NCBI GenBank assembly: GCA_963844715.1
Contig: CAWJPJ010000006.1
Span: forward strand, 96,001 to 160,000
DNA from: an uncultured Phycisphaerales bacterium
GTDB lineage: Bacteria > Planctomycetota > Phycisphaerae > Tepidisphaerales > Tepidisphaeraceae
Reading direction: 5' to 3'
DNA length: 64,000 bases
Made by a program: the position numbers and the translations under genes. Under the pieces are notes generated by a model. That model did not search any database. It was not told where the DNA came from and was given only the letters and a program-made list of their open reading frames with translations. Of the stretch, positions 34,873 to 45,387 are shown piece by piece. Numbering within the stretch: the stretch's first letter is position 1; each line of letters opens with the position of its first letter.

Positions 34873-36819
34873 TGCGGCACCAGTGGAGCCACATTTGACG
34901 GTAAGCGGATTCGACGTTCCGGGCAAATCGCGGGCCGTCCATAAGGGGGGATTCGCGCATTTTGTGGCGCAACTGAAGCGCAATCGACTTAAAGCGGACA
35001 CATCACGGGATAGATTGACGGCCAATTGCACGAAACGTTGGGGGGTTTCGGCGACCAGTTGATCGGCCAGGCCGAGGTTACTTGATTGACTCAAGCCGGC
35101 GCGGGCGATCGCGGAATTCCCGCATAAACTGACGACGGGAACGCCCATCCAGAGAGAGTCGAAGCTCGTGGTGTGACCGTTGTAGGGGTAGGTATCCAAT
35201 CCGATGTCGATGCGGTGATAGGCGGCCAGATATTCCGCGCGGCTGCATCGAAAGGAATTGCAGGCGATCGCCGATGTCCAAAGCGTCAGCGAGTAGTTTT
35301 TCGCAATCCTTCGACGGGGTGAGGACGAGCAGGCGGGAATTGGGGACCTGCGCAAGACTTGTTTCCACAATTCGCAGGTTGGTGGAGTAATCTTGGAAAA
35401 TTTGTTCAGGCATCCGAAGGTGATGAAGCCGTCTCGGGAAGCGGGCAGGGGTTGAATTTCGGGGCCTTCGTCGAGAGGATCGTAACACCAAAAGGTGTCG
35501 GGCAATCGGAGGGACTTTTCGGAATAGAACTCGTCGCGCCGGCCGGGCGGATCCAGGTATGGGTCAGTGAGGCGATAGTCCATGGCGGGTAGCCCCGTGG
35601 TGGAGGGATATGCGAGCCAGGCGACTTGGACCGGCGCGGGCTTTTGCGCGAAGAGCATGGGGCGGCCACCACTGGTGTGCATTTGCAAATCGACGAGAAT
35701 ATCGATGCCGTCCTGTTCGATTTGATTGGCGAGTTGCTGGTCGGCGACTGGGAGGGATTTTCGCCAGACATCGGCGTAACCGGCGATGCGGCGGGTGATC
35801 TCGTCTTCCTCCGCCAGGTCGGAATAGCAGTGAACTTCGAAGGCTTCTCGATTGTGGTTGGAGAGGAGTGGAATCGTGAAAAAGCAGCAGCTATGACGCC
35901 GGAAATCCGCCGAGACGTAGCCGATTTTCAAGCGGCGGGTGGGACTGCGGGTGTTGCGGAAATGCGTTTTGGGCCGAATGTGAGGCTGGACTATTTTGTC
36001 GTTCCATCGGCGGTGTTCGCGCAGGAGCTTGGCTGGGTCGTCGTCGGGTTGAAAGTGCAGAATGTAAAGATATGTGCTCCAGACGCTGGTCAGGTGCGGA
36101 TGCCGATCGAGGAGCGATCGCAGAGCTGCGGCGGCGGCCTCGTTGCGTCCGGTTAATTGAAGAGTCAGGGCCAACTCGTGGGCGGCTTCGATGTGGTTGG
36201 GAGAGATTCGGAGGGACGCTCGATAGGCATCGATGGCGGGATTGAGAAAACCGCCGAGGCGAAGGGCACGGGCGAGTTGAAAATGGCCGTGGGCGTTCGA
36301 GGGATCGCGGGCGGTAAACTTGCTCAGCCATTCTACGGCTTGGGAATAGTCGCCGGCCGTGATGAGGGCGATGCCGAGGGCGAGCATCGGTTCGGGAAAA
36401 TCGGGGCGCAGGTTGAGGGCGGTGCGGAGGGAATCGATCGCGTCAGCGGTTTGCCCGCGGAGCATGAAGGTGTTGCCGAGTTCAGCGTGGAGTTCAGGGA
36501 TATCGGGAGCGAGGGCGATGGCCCTTTTAAAGGCGTCGATCGCCTCGTCTAATTTATGCGCCTCGCGGAGGACGGCGCCGAGATGGTATTGACCATCCCA
36601 GGCATCGGGCTGCAGGAATGCGGCGCGGCGGAGAGCGGACTCGGCGGCGTCGAGTTTTCCCAGTTGATGGTTGAGGATGCCCAGCATTTGCAGGGTGTCG
36701 GCGTCGTCAGGATTGGACTGGAGAATCTGGCGGCAGAGAGACTCGGCTTCGTCGAGGGCGCCGGCCTCGTGACGGCTGATGGCGAGTTCGAAAAGTTGGT
36801 CCGGGGTTTGGTCAGGCAC
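34865..36819 (-). CDS. TPR + GT41 protein E (frameshifts in the 3' third)
   Basis: GTG start (PDQTPDQLFE); SADFRRHSCC, LNKFSK, YPYNGHTTSFDSLWMGVPV; natural end QMWLHWCRNV* lies in an alternative frame. Confidence 0.85.
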
Positions 36820-38140
36820 TTCGGCACCAAATCTGCCACATTTTAAGATAGGCTGATTCCATGTGGCGGGCGAATCGATAGCCGTCCATGAGGGGGGAAC
36901 GTTGGAGCATTTGTGTGTGCCGGAGCGGAGTTGGGCGAGGGCGGGGAGGTCGGCGGATATTTTCGTGGCGCGTTCGACGAACTGTTCAGCCGTATTGGCA
37001 ACGAGTTGATCGGCCAGGCCAAGATTCGCGGCGAGGCTCATTCCGGTGCGGGAGACGCCGGTGTTTCCGGCGAGGGTTAGGACGGGGACGCCCATCCAGA
37101 AAGCGTCGAAGCTTTCGGCGGCGCCGTTGAAGGGGAAGGTGTCCAAGGCGATGTCGATTCTGTAATGGGTTTTGAGATCGTCCGGCGCGATTGATCGGGG
37201 ACGAATTGGAGGCGGTCGCCGAAGTTCAGCATTTCGGTCAGGCGAGCTTCGGACGCTTTGCTGGGGGCTCGGACGATGAGGCGAGGTGGGGATTTGGTTG
37301 AGGACTTGGCGCCAGAGGTCGAGCGTTTTTTCGGTGATCTTGGAAAGATCGCTCAGGCAGCCGAAGGTGATTTGGCCGCGTTGAGCAGCGGGGAGGGGCT
37401 GGACGGTGGTTTCGTTGTCGAGTGGGTCGTAGGCCCAGAATGTGTGGGGGAGGCGGACGGAGCATTCGGAGTAAATTTTGTCGCGCGTGCCCAGGGGGTC
37501 GATGTGGACGTCGGTGATGCGGTACCCGATGACGGAGAGGCCGGTGGTTGCGGGGTACGGGAGCCAGGCGAGTTGGAGGGGGGCGGGATTATGGGCGCAG
37601 ACCAGGGGGCGACCGCCGGGGGAATGCACGGCGAGGTTGACGAGAATGTCGATGCCGTCTTCGAAAATCTGGCGGACGAACTGGTCGTCGGTTTTGCCGG
37701 CCATATTGCGCCAGACGTGGGCGACGGAAGCGAAGCGGCGGGTGATTTCATCCTGTTTGTTTGAGTCGGAATAGCAGGTGATGTGAAAAACGTCGCGATT
37801 GTGATTGGAGAACAAGGGGACGAGAAAGCGCGACTGGGGATGGTCGAGGAAATAGGGGGAAACGTAGCCGATCTTGACGACGCGAATGGGGTTTCGGCCA
37901 GCCCAGAATTTTCGACAGGCTTGATACGCGGTTTGACGGCGATCTCTTCGAAGCGGCGGTGCTCACGGAGGATTTCTTCTGGGTCGTCGGAGGAGAGGTT
38001 TAGGACGTGTAGCAGAGCGCTCCAGGCGGTTGCGTCGTCGGGACGAAGATCGACCAGGCGGCGAAGATTGGCAAGGGCTTCGGTGTGGCCGGCAGGGGCG
38101 GCGCTGAGGGTCTGGAGGATTTCCTGGCGCTGGCGGTCAT
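36812..38140 (-). CDS. Divergent GT41 protein D with minimal TPR region (several frameshifts)
   Basis: ATGA overlap with C; IGYVSPYFLDHPQ, PAPLQLAWLPYP, LSDLSK, DTFPFNG...FWMGVPV; ends YLKMWQIWCRSA*. Confidence 0.75.
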
Positions 38141-39689
38141 GATTTCGTTTCGCCAACGATGGAGGCGAGGGCGGCGGCCATCTTTTGGGCGGGGGCTTGC
38201 CAATCGTCAAAATTCTCTTGCCGGAATAGCCGCATCGTTGGGTACCAGGGTGAATCTTCGCGATCGAGCATCCATCGGCAATCGCTGTGTCTGGGAATGA
38301 GAATCCAGGTCGGACGGGCGAGGGCGGCGGCGAGATGGGGCGTGGAGGTGTCGATGCCGATGACGAGATCGAGTTGCTGCATGAGGGCGGCAGTGTCCGC
38401 GAAATCAGTGAATTCATTGGTGAGGTCGAGGGGCTTCATTCCGTCGGGAGGCGGCTGCTTGGAGGCGGGGCCTTTTTGCAGGCTGACGAAACGGACGCCC
38501 GAGACGGAGGCGAGGGGGGCGAAGATGTCGATGGAGTTGGTGCGGCGGGAGCTTTCGCTGCCGGCCCAGACGAGGCCGACGTTCATCAAACCGTCGGCGG
38601 GGATTTTGCGGACCATTTGGCGACGCGATCGGGCGGAGGCGCGAGATAGGGAACCGACGGGGCGAGATTTTCGGGCGTAATTTTCAGGCGATGAGGGAGG
38701 CTTTCCAGCGGCAGGCAGAGATCAAAACTGGGGAGCGGCGAATTTTGGGCGACGACCTGGGCGGGGGAGAGAGAGTGGCGAAGCAGCTCCACGAGCGGCT
38801 CGGGAGATTCAAGAATGACTTGCAGGCCCATATCGAGAACGCGCGGGATGAAGCGGACGAATTGGAGGACATCGCCCATTCCGCCCCAGCCTTCGTAGAT
38901 GAGGAGCGTTTTGCCGGGGGCCGGGGAGCCGTCCCAGAGGGCTTGTGGGAATCGGGGTTTGCCGGTGAGTTGGCGTTCGTACCAGTCGACCCATTCGAGT
39001 TCCTGCCAGCCTTCGGTCCATCGGCCGAGGGAGAGGAGGAGCATGCCGTATTTGGCGTGGGCCATTTCGAGTTTTCCGTCGATGGCATGGCGATAGGATT
39101 CCAAGGCCTGCTCGGGCTGGCGATTTAGTTCGAGTGCGGTGGCGAGGTTGTAGTGAACGTGGGCATTGTGCGGGGCGATAGCGATGCAGCGGCGGTAGTA
39201 GTCGATGGATTGAGGGAGATCGCCCTGGGAGCGCAGGGCGTTGGCGAACATCAGAAGGGCGTCGGGATAATCGGGCTGGATCGCCAGGGCGCGGCGATGG
39301 GAATCGGCGGCGTCTTTGAATTGGCCGGCGGCATGATACGCGCGGCCGAGTTTGCAGTGGACCTCGGCCAGATCGGGTTTCAGGCGGAGGGCGTGTTGAT
39401 ATTCTTCGATCGCCTGGTCGTGCCGAGCGAGGAGTTCGTAGACGTCAGCCAGGCTGGCGTGGGCGTCGGGGGCATCCGGGTTGAGTTGGGCGGCGCGGAG
39501 GGCGTGCCGGAGACCTTCCTGGGGCTGGCCGGATTGAGCGAGGGCGAGGCCCAGGAGTTGCAGGGCATCGGGGTCGTCGGCGTCGCGGGCGAGGATTTGG
39601 CGGAGGAGCGATTGGGCCTGGGCCAGATCGCCGGCGTATTGGCAGCGCAGGGCGGCTTCGAGGAGGTCTTCGGTGGAGAGTTCGGGCAT
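38137..39689 (-). CDS. TPR + GT9-like glycosyltransferase protein C (frameshift near 38620)
   Basis: TPRs, then LWDG, GMGDVLQFVRF, PLESLP, VGLVWAG, FVSLQ, DFADTAAL, IDTSTPHLAAAL, WMLDREDSPWYPTMRLFRQ. Confidence 0.88.
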
Positions 39690-39842
39690 GGGACGGGTTG
39701 TTCCTCGCGCTTGGATGATACTTTATACGCGCGCCGGCCCCCACCCAATCGTGCCGAAACTAGCGGAAGGGGCGGGGAGTGCTCCCCCGGGGTACCGGAG
39801 GAGGGGGAAGAGAAAGCGCGCGGGTTCGTAGGGGAATCGCGA

Positions 39843-41927
39843 TTAGGTCTGGAGCCAAGTTCGCCACATGCGGCGGTAGGCGGCTTCGACGGTGCGGGCG
39901 AATTTTTTGCCGTCTAGCAGGGGCGAGCGGGTCATGCGGTGGCGCAGGTCGGCGCGTAGCTGCCGCAGGCGAGGCAAATCGCCGGCGAGCTGGACGGCGA
40001 GTTCAATATAGTTGTGGGGATCGCGGGCTACTAAATCGGCGAGGCCGACGTTGCTGAGGAGGCTGGCGCCGACACGGCCGGCGTGGCGATTGCCGGAAAG
40101 AGTGACGACGGGGACGCCCATCCAGAGGGATTCGCAGGTGGTGGTGGTTCCGTTATAGGGGAACGTGTCGAGGGCGATGTCGATTTCGTGATAGGTTTTG
40201 AGATGGTCCTGCGGCGAAGGGACGCCTGGGCGCAGAATGATGCGGTCGGAGAGGATCGCGTATTTTGCGAACAGGTCGGTGATGCGGCGGCGCGTGGGGG
40301 GAAATTCCAGGCCGGTGACGCTTTTGATGAGGAGGCGGCTGGCGGGAACTTTTTGCAGGATTCTGGCCCAGGTTTCGATGACGCGCGGGTTGATCTTGGG
40401 GAGATGATTGAGGGAGCCGAAGGTGATGGGATTGGCGGACGACATTGAGACGTCGGGGGAATGTTCCGGCGGGCGATAGGAGAGAAATGTCGGGTATAGG
40501 TGGATCAGCTTCTCCGTGTAGAACTGGCCGGCATCGGCGAGGGGGTCGGCGTGTGAGTCGGTGAAGCGATAGTCCATGGCTTCGAGGCCTGTGGTGTTGG
40601 GATAGCCGAGATAGGTCACTTGAATCGGCGCGGGCTTGTGCGCGAAGACGAGCAGGCGGCTGTTGGCGGTGTGGCCGGCGAGGTCGACGAGGATGTCGAT
40701 TTGATCGTGGCGGATTTGATTGGCGAGGGAGTCGTCGTCGAGGGCGATTGTGTCTTGCCAATGATGCGCGAGGGATTTGAGGTGCTGGGTGACTGCGTCG
40801 GGGTGGAGAGTGTTGGAATAGCAGAAGGTTTCGACGCGATCGGGATTGTGATGGGCGAGGAGGTTCTCGATGAAGTAGCTGACGGAATGGGCGCGGAAAT
40901 CGGGGGAGACGTAGCCGATGCGGAGGGGGCGCGTGGGGGAGAGATCGCGCGGGGGGTTTGGGTTTTCTCCCGCCCCCGGTATTCCGGGGGAGGATTGGGG
41001 AGGGGGCTGAGATATTGATTCATCGGAAGAGCCCCCTCCCGTGCCCTCCCCCGGTTTACCGGGGGAGGGGAAAGAAGGAGAGTGTCTTACGGATTGGGCG
41101 TGGGCTTTGGCCCAGCGGAGATGCTCATCGAAAATTTCGGCGGGGGAGAGATCGTCCTGGAAATGTAGGGCGTAGAGCAGGTTGCTGCCGAAGCGCGGGT
41201 TCCTCGGGTTTTGGGCGACTGATTTTCTGTAGAAGATGATGGCCTGGGGGATGTCCCAGGCGGAATAGAGGGCGTTGGCGAGATTGGCGGCGGCGTCCAC
41301 GTAATTCGGGTCGATCTCCAGGGCGCGGTGGAAATTGGAGATGGCTTCGTCGTAGCGGCCCAGGACATGTTGCACGACGGCCAGATGGGCGAGAGCCGCG
41401 GGGGAATCGGGGCGGAGGGCGAGGTGGGTTTGGCCGGCGGCGAGGGCTTCATCCAAGCGGTCGAGTTCTCGCAAAGTATCGGTCAAGTGCTCCCAGGCTT
41501 CGGGGAGGTCGTGCTCTAATTTGACGGCGGTTTGGAATGCGGCGGCGGCGTCCTGGAGTTTGCCGGAGGTTTGGAGGAGTTTTCCGCGGCCGAGATGGGC
41601 TTCGGCGAAATTGGGCTCCAGGGCGATGGCGGACTCGAAGGCTTGGAGGGCTTCGGCAGATTTTCCGGTTGCGGCGAGGATGACGCCTTGGTGGCAATAG
41701 TAATCGGGAGCGGTGGGGTTGATTTGGATGGCCTTGGTAAGCAGATCGAGGGCGGCGGTGGCGCGGCCGCGGATGAATTCGAGCATGCCTAGCATCTGCA
41801 TGGCATCGGAGTCGGTGGGGTTGGTGTAGAGGATTTGTCTGTAGAGGGATTCGGCTTCGAGGAGGTTTCCCTCCTGGTGGAGTTGGACGGCGCGGTCGAA
41901 GAGGTGCTCGGGGGTTTGGTCGGCCAT
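39843..41927 (-). CDS. TPR + GT41 protein B (intact; carries an in-frame palindromic insertion)
   Basis: SPDFRAHSV, DLAGHT, KPAPIQVTYLGYPNTTG, LNHLPK, FPYNGTTTTCESLWMGVPV. Confidence 0.92.
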   Translation of the reverse strand: MADQTPEHLFDRAVQLHQEGNLLEAESLYRQILYTNPTDSDAMQMLGMLEFIRGRATAALDLLTKAIQINPTAPDYYCHQGVILAATGKSAEALQAFESAIALEPNFAEAHLGRGKLLQTSGKLQDAAAAFQTAVKLEHDLPEAWEHLTDTLRELDRLDEALAAGQTHLALRPDSPAALAHLAVVQHVLGRYDEAISNFHRALEIDPNYVDAAANLANALYSAWDIPQAIIFYRKSVAQNPRNPRFGSNLLYALHFQDDLSPAEIFDEHLRWAKAHAQSVRHSPSFPSPGKPGEGTGGGSSDESISQPPPQSSPGIPGAGENPNPPRDLSPTRPLRIGYVSPDFRAHSVSYFIENLLAHHNPDRVETFCYSNTLHPDAVTQHLKSLAHHWQDTIALDDDSLANQIRHDQIDILVDLAGHTANSRLLVFAHKPAPIQVTYLGYPNTTGLEAMDYRFTDSHADPLADAGQFYTEKLIHLYPTFLSYRPPEHSPDVSMSSANPITFGSLNHLPKINPRVIETWARILQKVPASRLLIKSVTGLEFPPTRRRITDLFAKYAILSDRIILRPGVPSPQDHLKTYHEIDIALDTFPYNGTTTTCESLWMGVPVVTLSGNRHAGRVGASLLSNVGLADLVARDPHNYIELAVQLAGDLPRLRQLRADLRHRMTRSPLLDGKKFARTVEAAYRRMWRTWLQT
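40967..41071. repeat. Degenerate REP pair inside the coding sequence of gene B
   Basis: Two inverted units (40967-41007 and 41031-41071) resembling the 4564-4674 element. Confidence 0.75.
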
Positions 41928-41937
41928 CGGCAAAATT

Positions 41938-41982
41938 GCCCCTCACCCTGGCCCTCTCCCCGGAGTACCGGGGAGAGGGGAA
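41938..41982 (+). repeat. Single 45-bp REP unit
   Basis: GCCCCTCACCCTGGCCCTCTCCCCGGAGTACCGGGGAGAGGGGAA; supplies the stop codon of gene A. Confidence 0.9.
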
Positions 41983-43846
41983 GAATACTGTCGCCACATT
42001 TGGCGGTAGGTAGATTCTATATTTTGTGCGAACTGCGCGGGGTTGGTTAATGGGGATTTTGATAATCGATCTCGGAGCGTGTAGCGGATTTGAGTTAGGC
42101 GAAGGAGATCGGCGGCTAGCTTTGCCGCGATTTGGACATATTCCTCTGGAGTATTGGCGGCGAGATCTTGTAGGCCGGCTGCGGTGAGGAGAGATAGGCC
42201 GACTCGGCTGACATGGGCGGGGCCGAGGAGTGTGATGACGGGGACGCCCATCCAGAGGGCTTCGCAGGTGATGGTTGTTCCGTGATAGGGGTAGGTGTCC
42301 AGGGCGACGTCGACCATGCGGTAGAGTTGGAGATGGCCGCTGGGGTCGGGGACTCGAGTTTGGAGATTGATGCGATCGGAGTCGATGCCGGCGGCGGAGA
42401 AAATTTGGGTGAGTCGCTTTTGGGCTCGGGGGTTATCCAGGCCGGAATTGCTTTTGATGATCATGCGGCTGTTGGGGACGGCGGCGAGGACCTGGGCCCA
42501 GAGTTCTGCGACGCGATCGTTGACCTTTGAGAGGGTGTTGAAGGATGCGAAGGTGATGTAGCCGCGATGGAAGACGCGCGGCGGAGAGACTTCGGGGGCG
42601 TCGGCATCTTTCCTGCGCAAAGGAAGCAGCCGGGGAGGCGGATTAGGCGCTCGGTGTTCCAGGCGTCGGTTTGGCCGGTGGGATCGGCTTGGGCGTCGGT
42701 GAGGCGATAGTCGATTTCGGGGAGGCCGGTGGTGTCGGGGTAGCCTAACCAGGTGACTTGGATGGGAACGGGTTTTTTGTTGAAGAGGGGGAGGCGGTTG
42801 CCGGGGGTGTGGCCGGCGAGATCGACGAGGATGTCGATCTTGTCGGCGTGGATTTGCTCGATGACACGATCGTCGGACTGGCCGGTGATTTCGCGCCAGT
42901 GGGGGGCGAGCTTTTTGAGGTGTTCGGTGATTTCGTCTTTGCGGATGCTGTCGTCGTAGCAATAGACATCGACCTGGGCGGGGTCGTGGGCTTGGAGGAG
43001 ATTCAGGAAAAAAAACGCCACCGAGTGGCGGCGGAAATCTGGGGAGAGGTAGCCGATGCGGAGGACGCGGTCGGGGTTTTTGTCTAAGTCGTGCGCGGGG
43101 TTGGAGCCGGGGATTGCATGGGGGAACTGGGCGCTCCATTTTTTGTGTTCTTCGAAGACGGATTTGGGATCAAAGTCGGGGTGCAAGTGGAGCACGTAGA
43201 GGCGGTGGCTCTGGGCGACCAGGGAGTTGGGACGCAGGGCGAGGTATTTGTCGAACTCGCTGAGGGCGGCGTCGATCTCGCCGAGGTCTTTATAGGCGCT
43301 GCCCATGTAGAGATGGGCTTCCGCGAAATTGGGATCGAGTTCGAGGGCTTTTTCGTAAGCGCCGATGGCTTCGTCGTAGCGACCGGCGGTTCGCAGGGCG
43401 CCGGCGAGACGCTGGCGGATGAAGGAACTTCTGGGGTCGAAATCGGCGGCTTGCCTGAAGGCGTCGGCGGCGTCGGAGAAGCGATCGGCTTTCCACAGGC
43501 ATTCGCCGAGATTGGTGCGGGGGGCGACGAGCGTGGGATTCAATTCGATGGCGCGGCGATAGGCGGCGATGGCGCGGTCGTAGTTGGCTTGAGCGGTTTC
43601 GACCAGGCCGAGGGAATTGAAGAAGTCCCAGCGATTGGGATGGGCGGTAGTGAGCGATCGAAGTTGGTTGACGGCTTCGGTGGGGTTGCCTTGATCCCAA
43701 TTGAGGATGGCAAGGAGATGGCGGGCGTCCGGGTGGTTGGGGTGTTGGGAAAGGATTTCTTTGCAGATGGCGGCGGCTTGGGCGTGGTCGCCGGATTGGC
43801 GAAGCTGCATTGCGGTTTGAAGGCGCGGTTCAAGCATGGGGCTCAC
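41943..43846 (-). CDS. TPR + GT41 protein A (frameshift near 42615)
   Basis: TPRs; SPDFRRHSV, DLAGHT, WLGYPDTTG, FNTLSK, YPYHGTTITCEALWMGVPV. Confidence 0.9.
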
Positions 43847-43875
43847 TGAGCGGAGTCATAGTCACTTTAATTCTC

Positions 43876-43920
43876 GCCCCTCACCCTTGCCCTCTCCCCG
43901 GAGTACCGGGGAGAGGGGAA
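43876..43920 (+). repeat. Single 45-bp REP unit
   Basis: 44/45 identical to 41938-41982, same orientation. Confidence 0.9.
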
Positions 43921-43922
43921 AA

Positions 43923-45373
43923 TCATTGCGCGGCGGGTGACTGGTCTTGCTGGGGCGGTTCGATGTTGATGGTCTCTTGCCGGCCGTCGATTTTGGAGAT
44001 GACGAAGACGATGGACTTATCGGGGCTATTTTTTCGGAAGTCTTCGTAATCCTTTTTGAATTCGTCGATGTCGGTGACGGCCTGGTCGTTCATGCTGGTG
44101 ATCATGTCGCCGAATTCGAGTTTGGCGGCGGCTGCGGCGGCCTGTGGGCGGATCATGGCGATCACTACGCCGGTGGTCGAGGCGGGGAGTTTGCGGCGAT
44201 AGGTATCGATGAAAACGACCTCGCGGGCGACGAAGCCGAGGTCCTTGGCGTAATAACGTCGCGCGGAATAGGCTTGCTCTGGGCGCTCTTCGAGCGTGAC
44301 GGTGACGTCGCGCGGGACGTCGCCGCGATGGCGGACGACGGTCAGGGTGACGAGATCGCCGACTTTCATTCGCTGGATTTTTCGGGAGAGGATTTCGCCG
44401 ATCTCGATGGGCATGTCGCCGCGCTCGAGGGGCTGGCCATTCAGTTTAATGATGATGTCGGTGGCTTGGAGGCCGGCGCGTTCGGCGGGGGAATTGGGGA
44501 CGACGTCGCCGATCTGGACTGCGGGGACGTTGGTCAGGCCGACGAACTCGGCCAGTTCCTTATCGAGCCCCTTGAGTTGCATGCAGCCGATCCAGGGGAT
44601 GATGACCGGGTGATTGGCGTCGGGGGGCGGATTCAGGGTCCAGAGAAAATCGCCGGCGGGGACGAATAACTTTGCTGGGGAATAGACCATGGGGAGATCG
44701 TTGGGGGCTTCGGGATTGTCGAGGAGGGGCCCGAGGTTTCCCTGGAGGGGGACATAGCCGATGGCTTGGCCTTTGGCGTTAAAGACGGGGGAGCCGACGC
44801 CGGCGAGGTCGCCGTCAACGAGATATTGCGGGATGGGGCCGCGCATGGGTGTGGAGGCGGTTGCGGAAGTGATTTGGGCGCGATAGCCGGAGGATTCGGG
44901 GAGGATGCCGACGGAATAGAGCTGGTCGCCGATTTGCGGGGGAAGGTCCACGAAAGTCAGGGGTTTCCAGGTCGGCTGAGTGGTCGCGGAGTTGGGATCG
45001 GGGCGGACGAAGGCGAGTTCGGTTCGCTCGTCGCGAAGAACGAGCGTGGCGTCGATTTCCGTGGTGTCCTGGGTCTCGCTGGGGATGACGATTTTGAAAC
45101 TCTTCAATTGATTGTCGGGGATCAACTGGGGGGTGACGACGGTGATGGGGAACATGACCAGGCCGTCGCTGCCGATGACGATGCCGGCGGCGACGAGTTC
45201 GTGGGATTGCAGCTCATTTGCCCAGGTATATTTCACGGCGACGAGGGAGGGCTTGATGTCTTCGCCCAATTGCTTGAAGGGATTGGCTTCCTGGCGCGGG
45301 AGAGGGGAGCGCTGAAGAGAAAAGCCGCGGCGGCGCTGAGGGCAACGAAGTACGAGCGGAAATGCTGATTCAT
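43923..45373 (-). CDS. HtrA-like protein with two PDZ domains, protease domain probably inactive (frameshift near 5' end)
   Basis: GIVIGSDG, ELAFVR, AGVGSPVFNAKG in place of GNSGG; SPAERAGLQATDII PDZ motif. Confidence 0.8.
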
Positions 45374-45387
45374 GGATTGGGCTCCCT

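Noticed and set aside
32581..37815. 1744-aa ORF as a giant triple GT41 protein
   Set aside because: It contains out-of-frame stretches at the junctions. Natural C-termini (MWQIWCRSA*, MWLHWCRNV*) lie in alternative frames overlapping new starts at 36819 and 34872, so it is three genes merged by indels.
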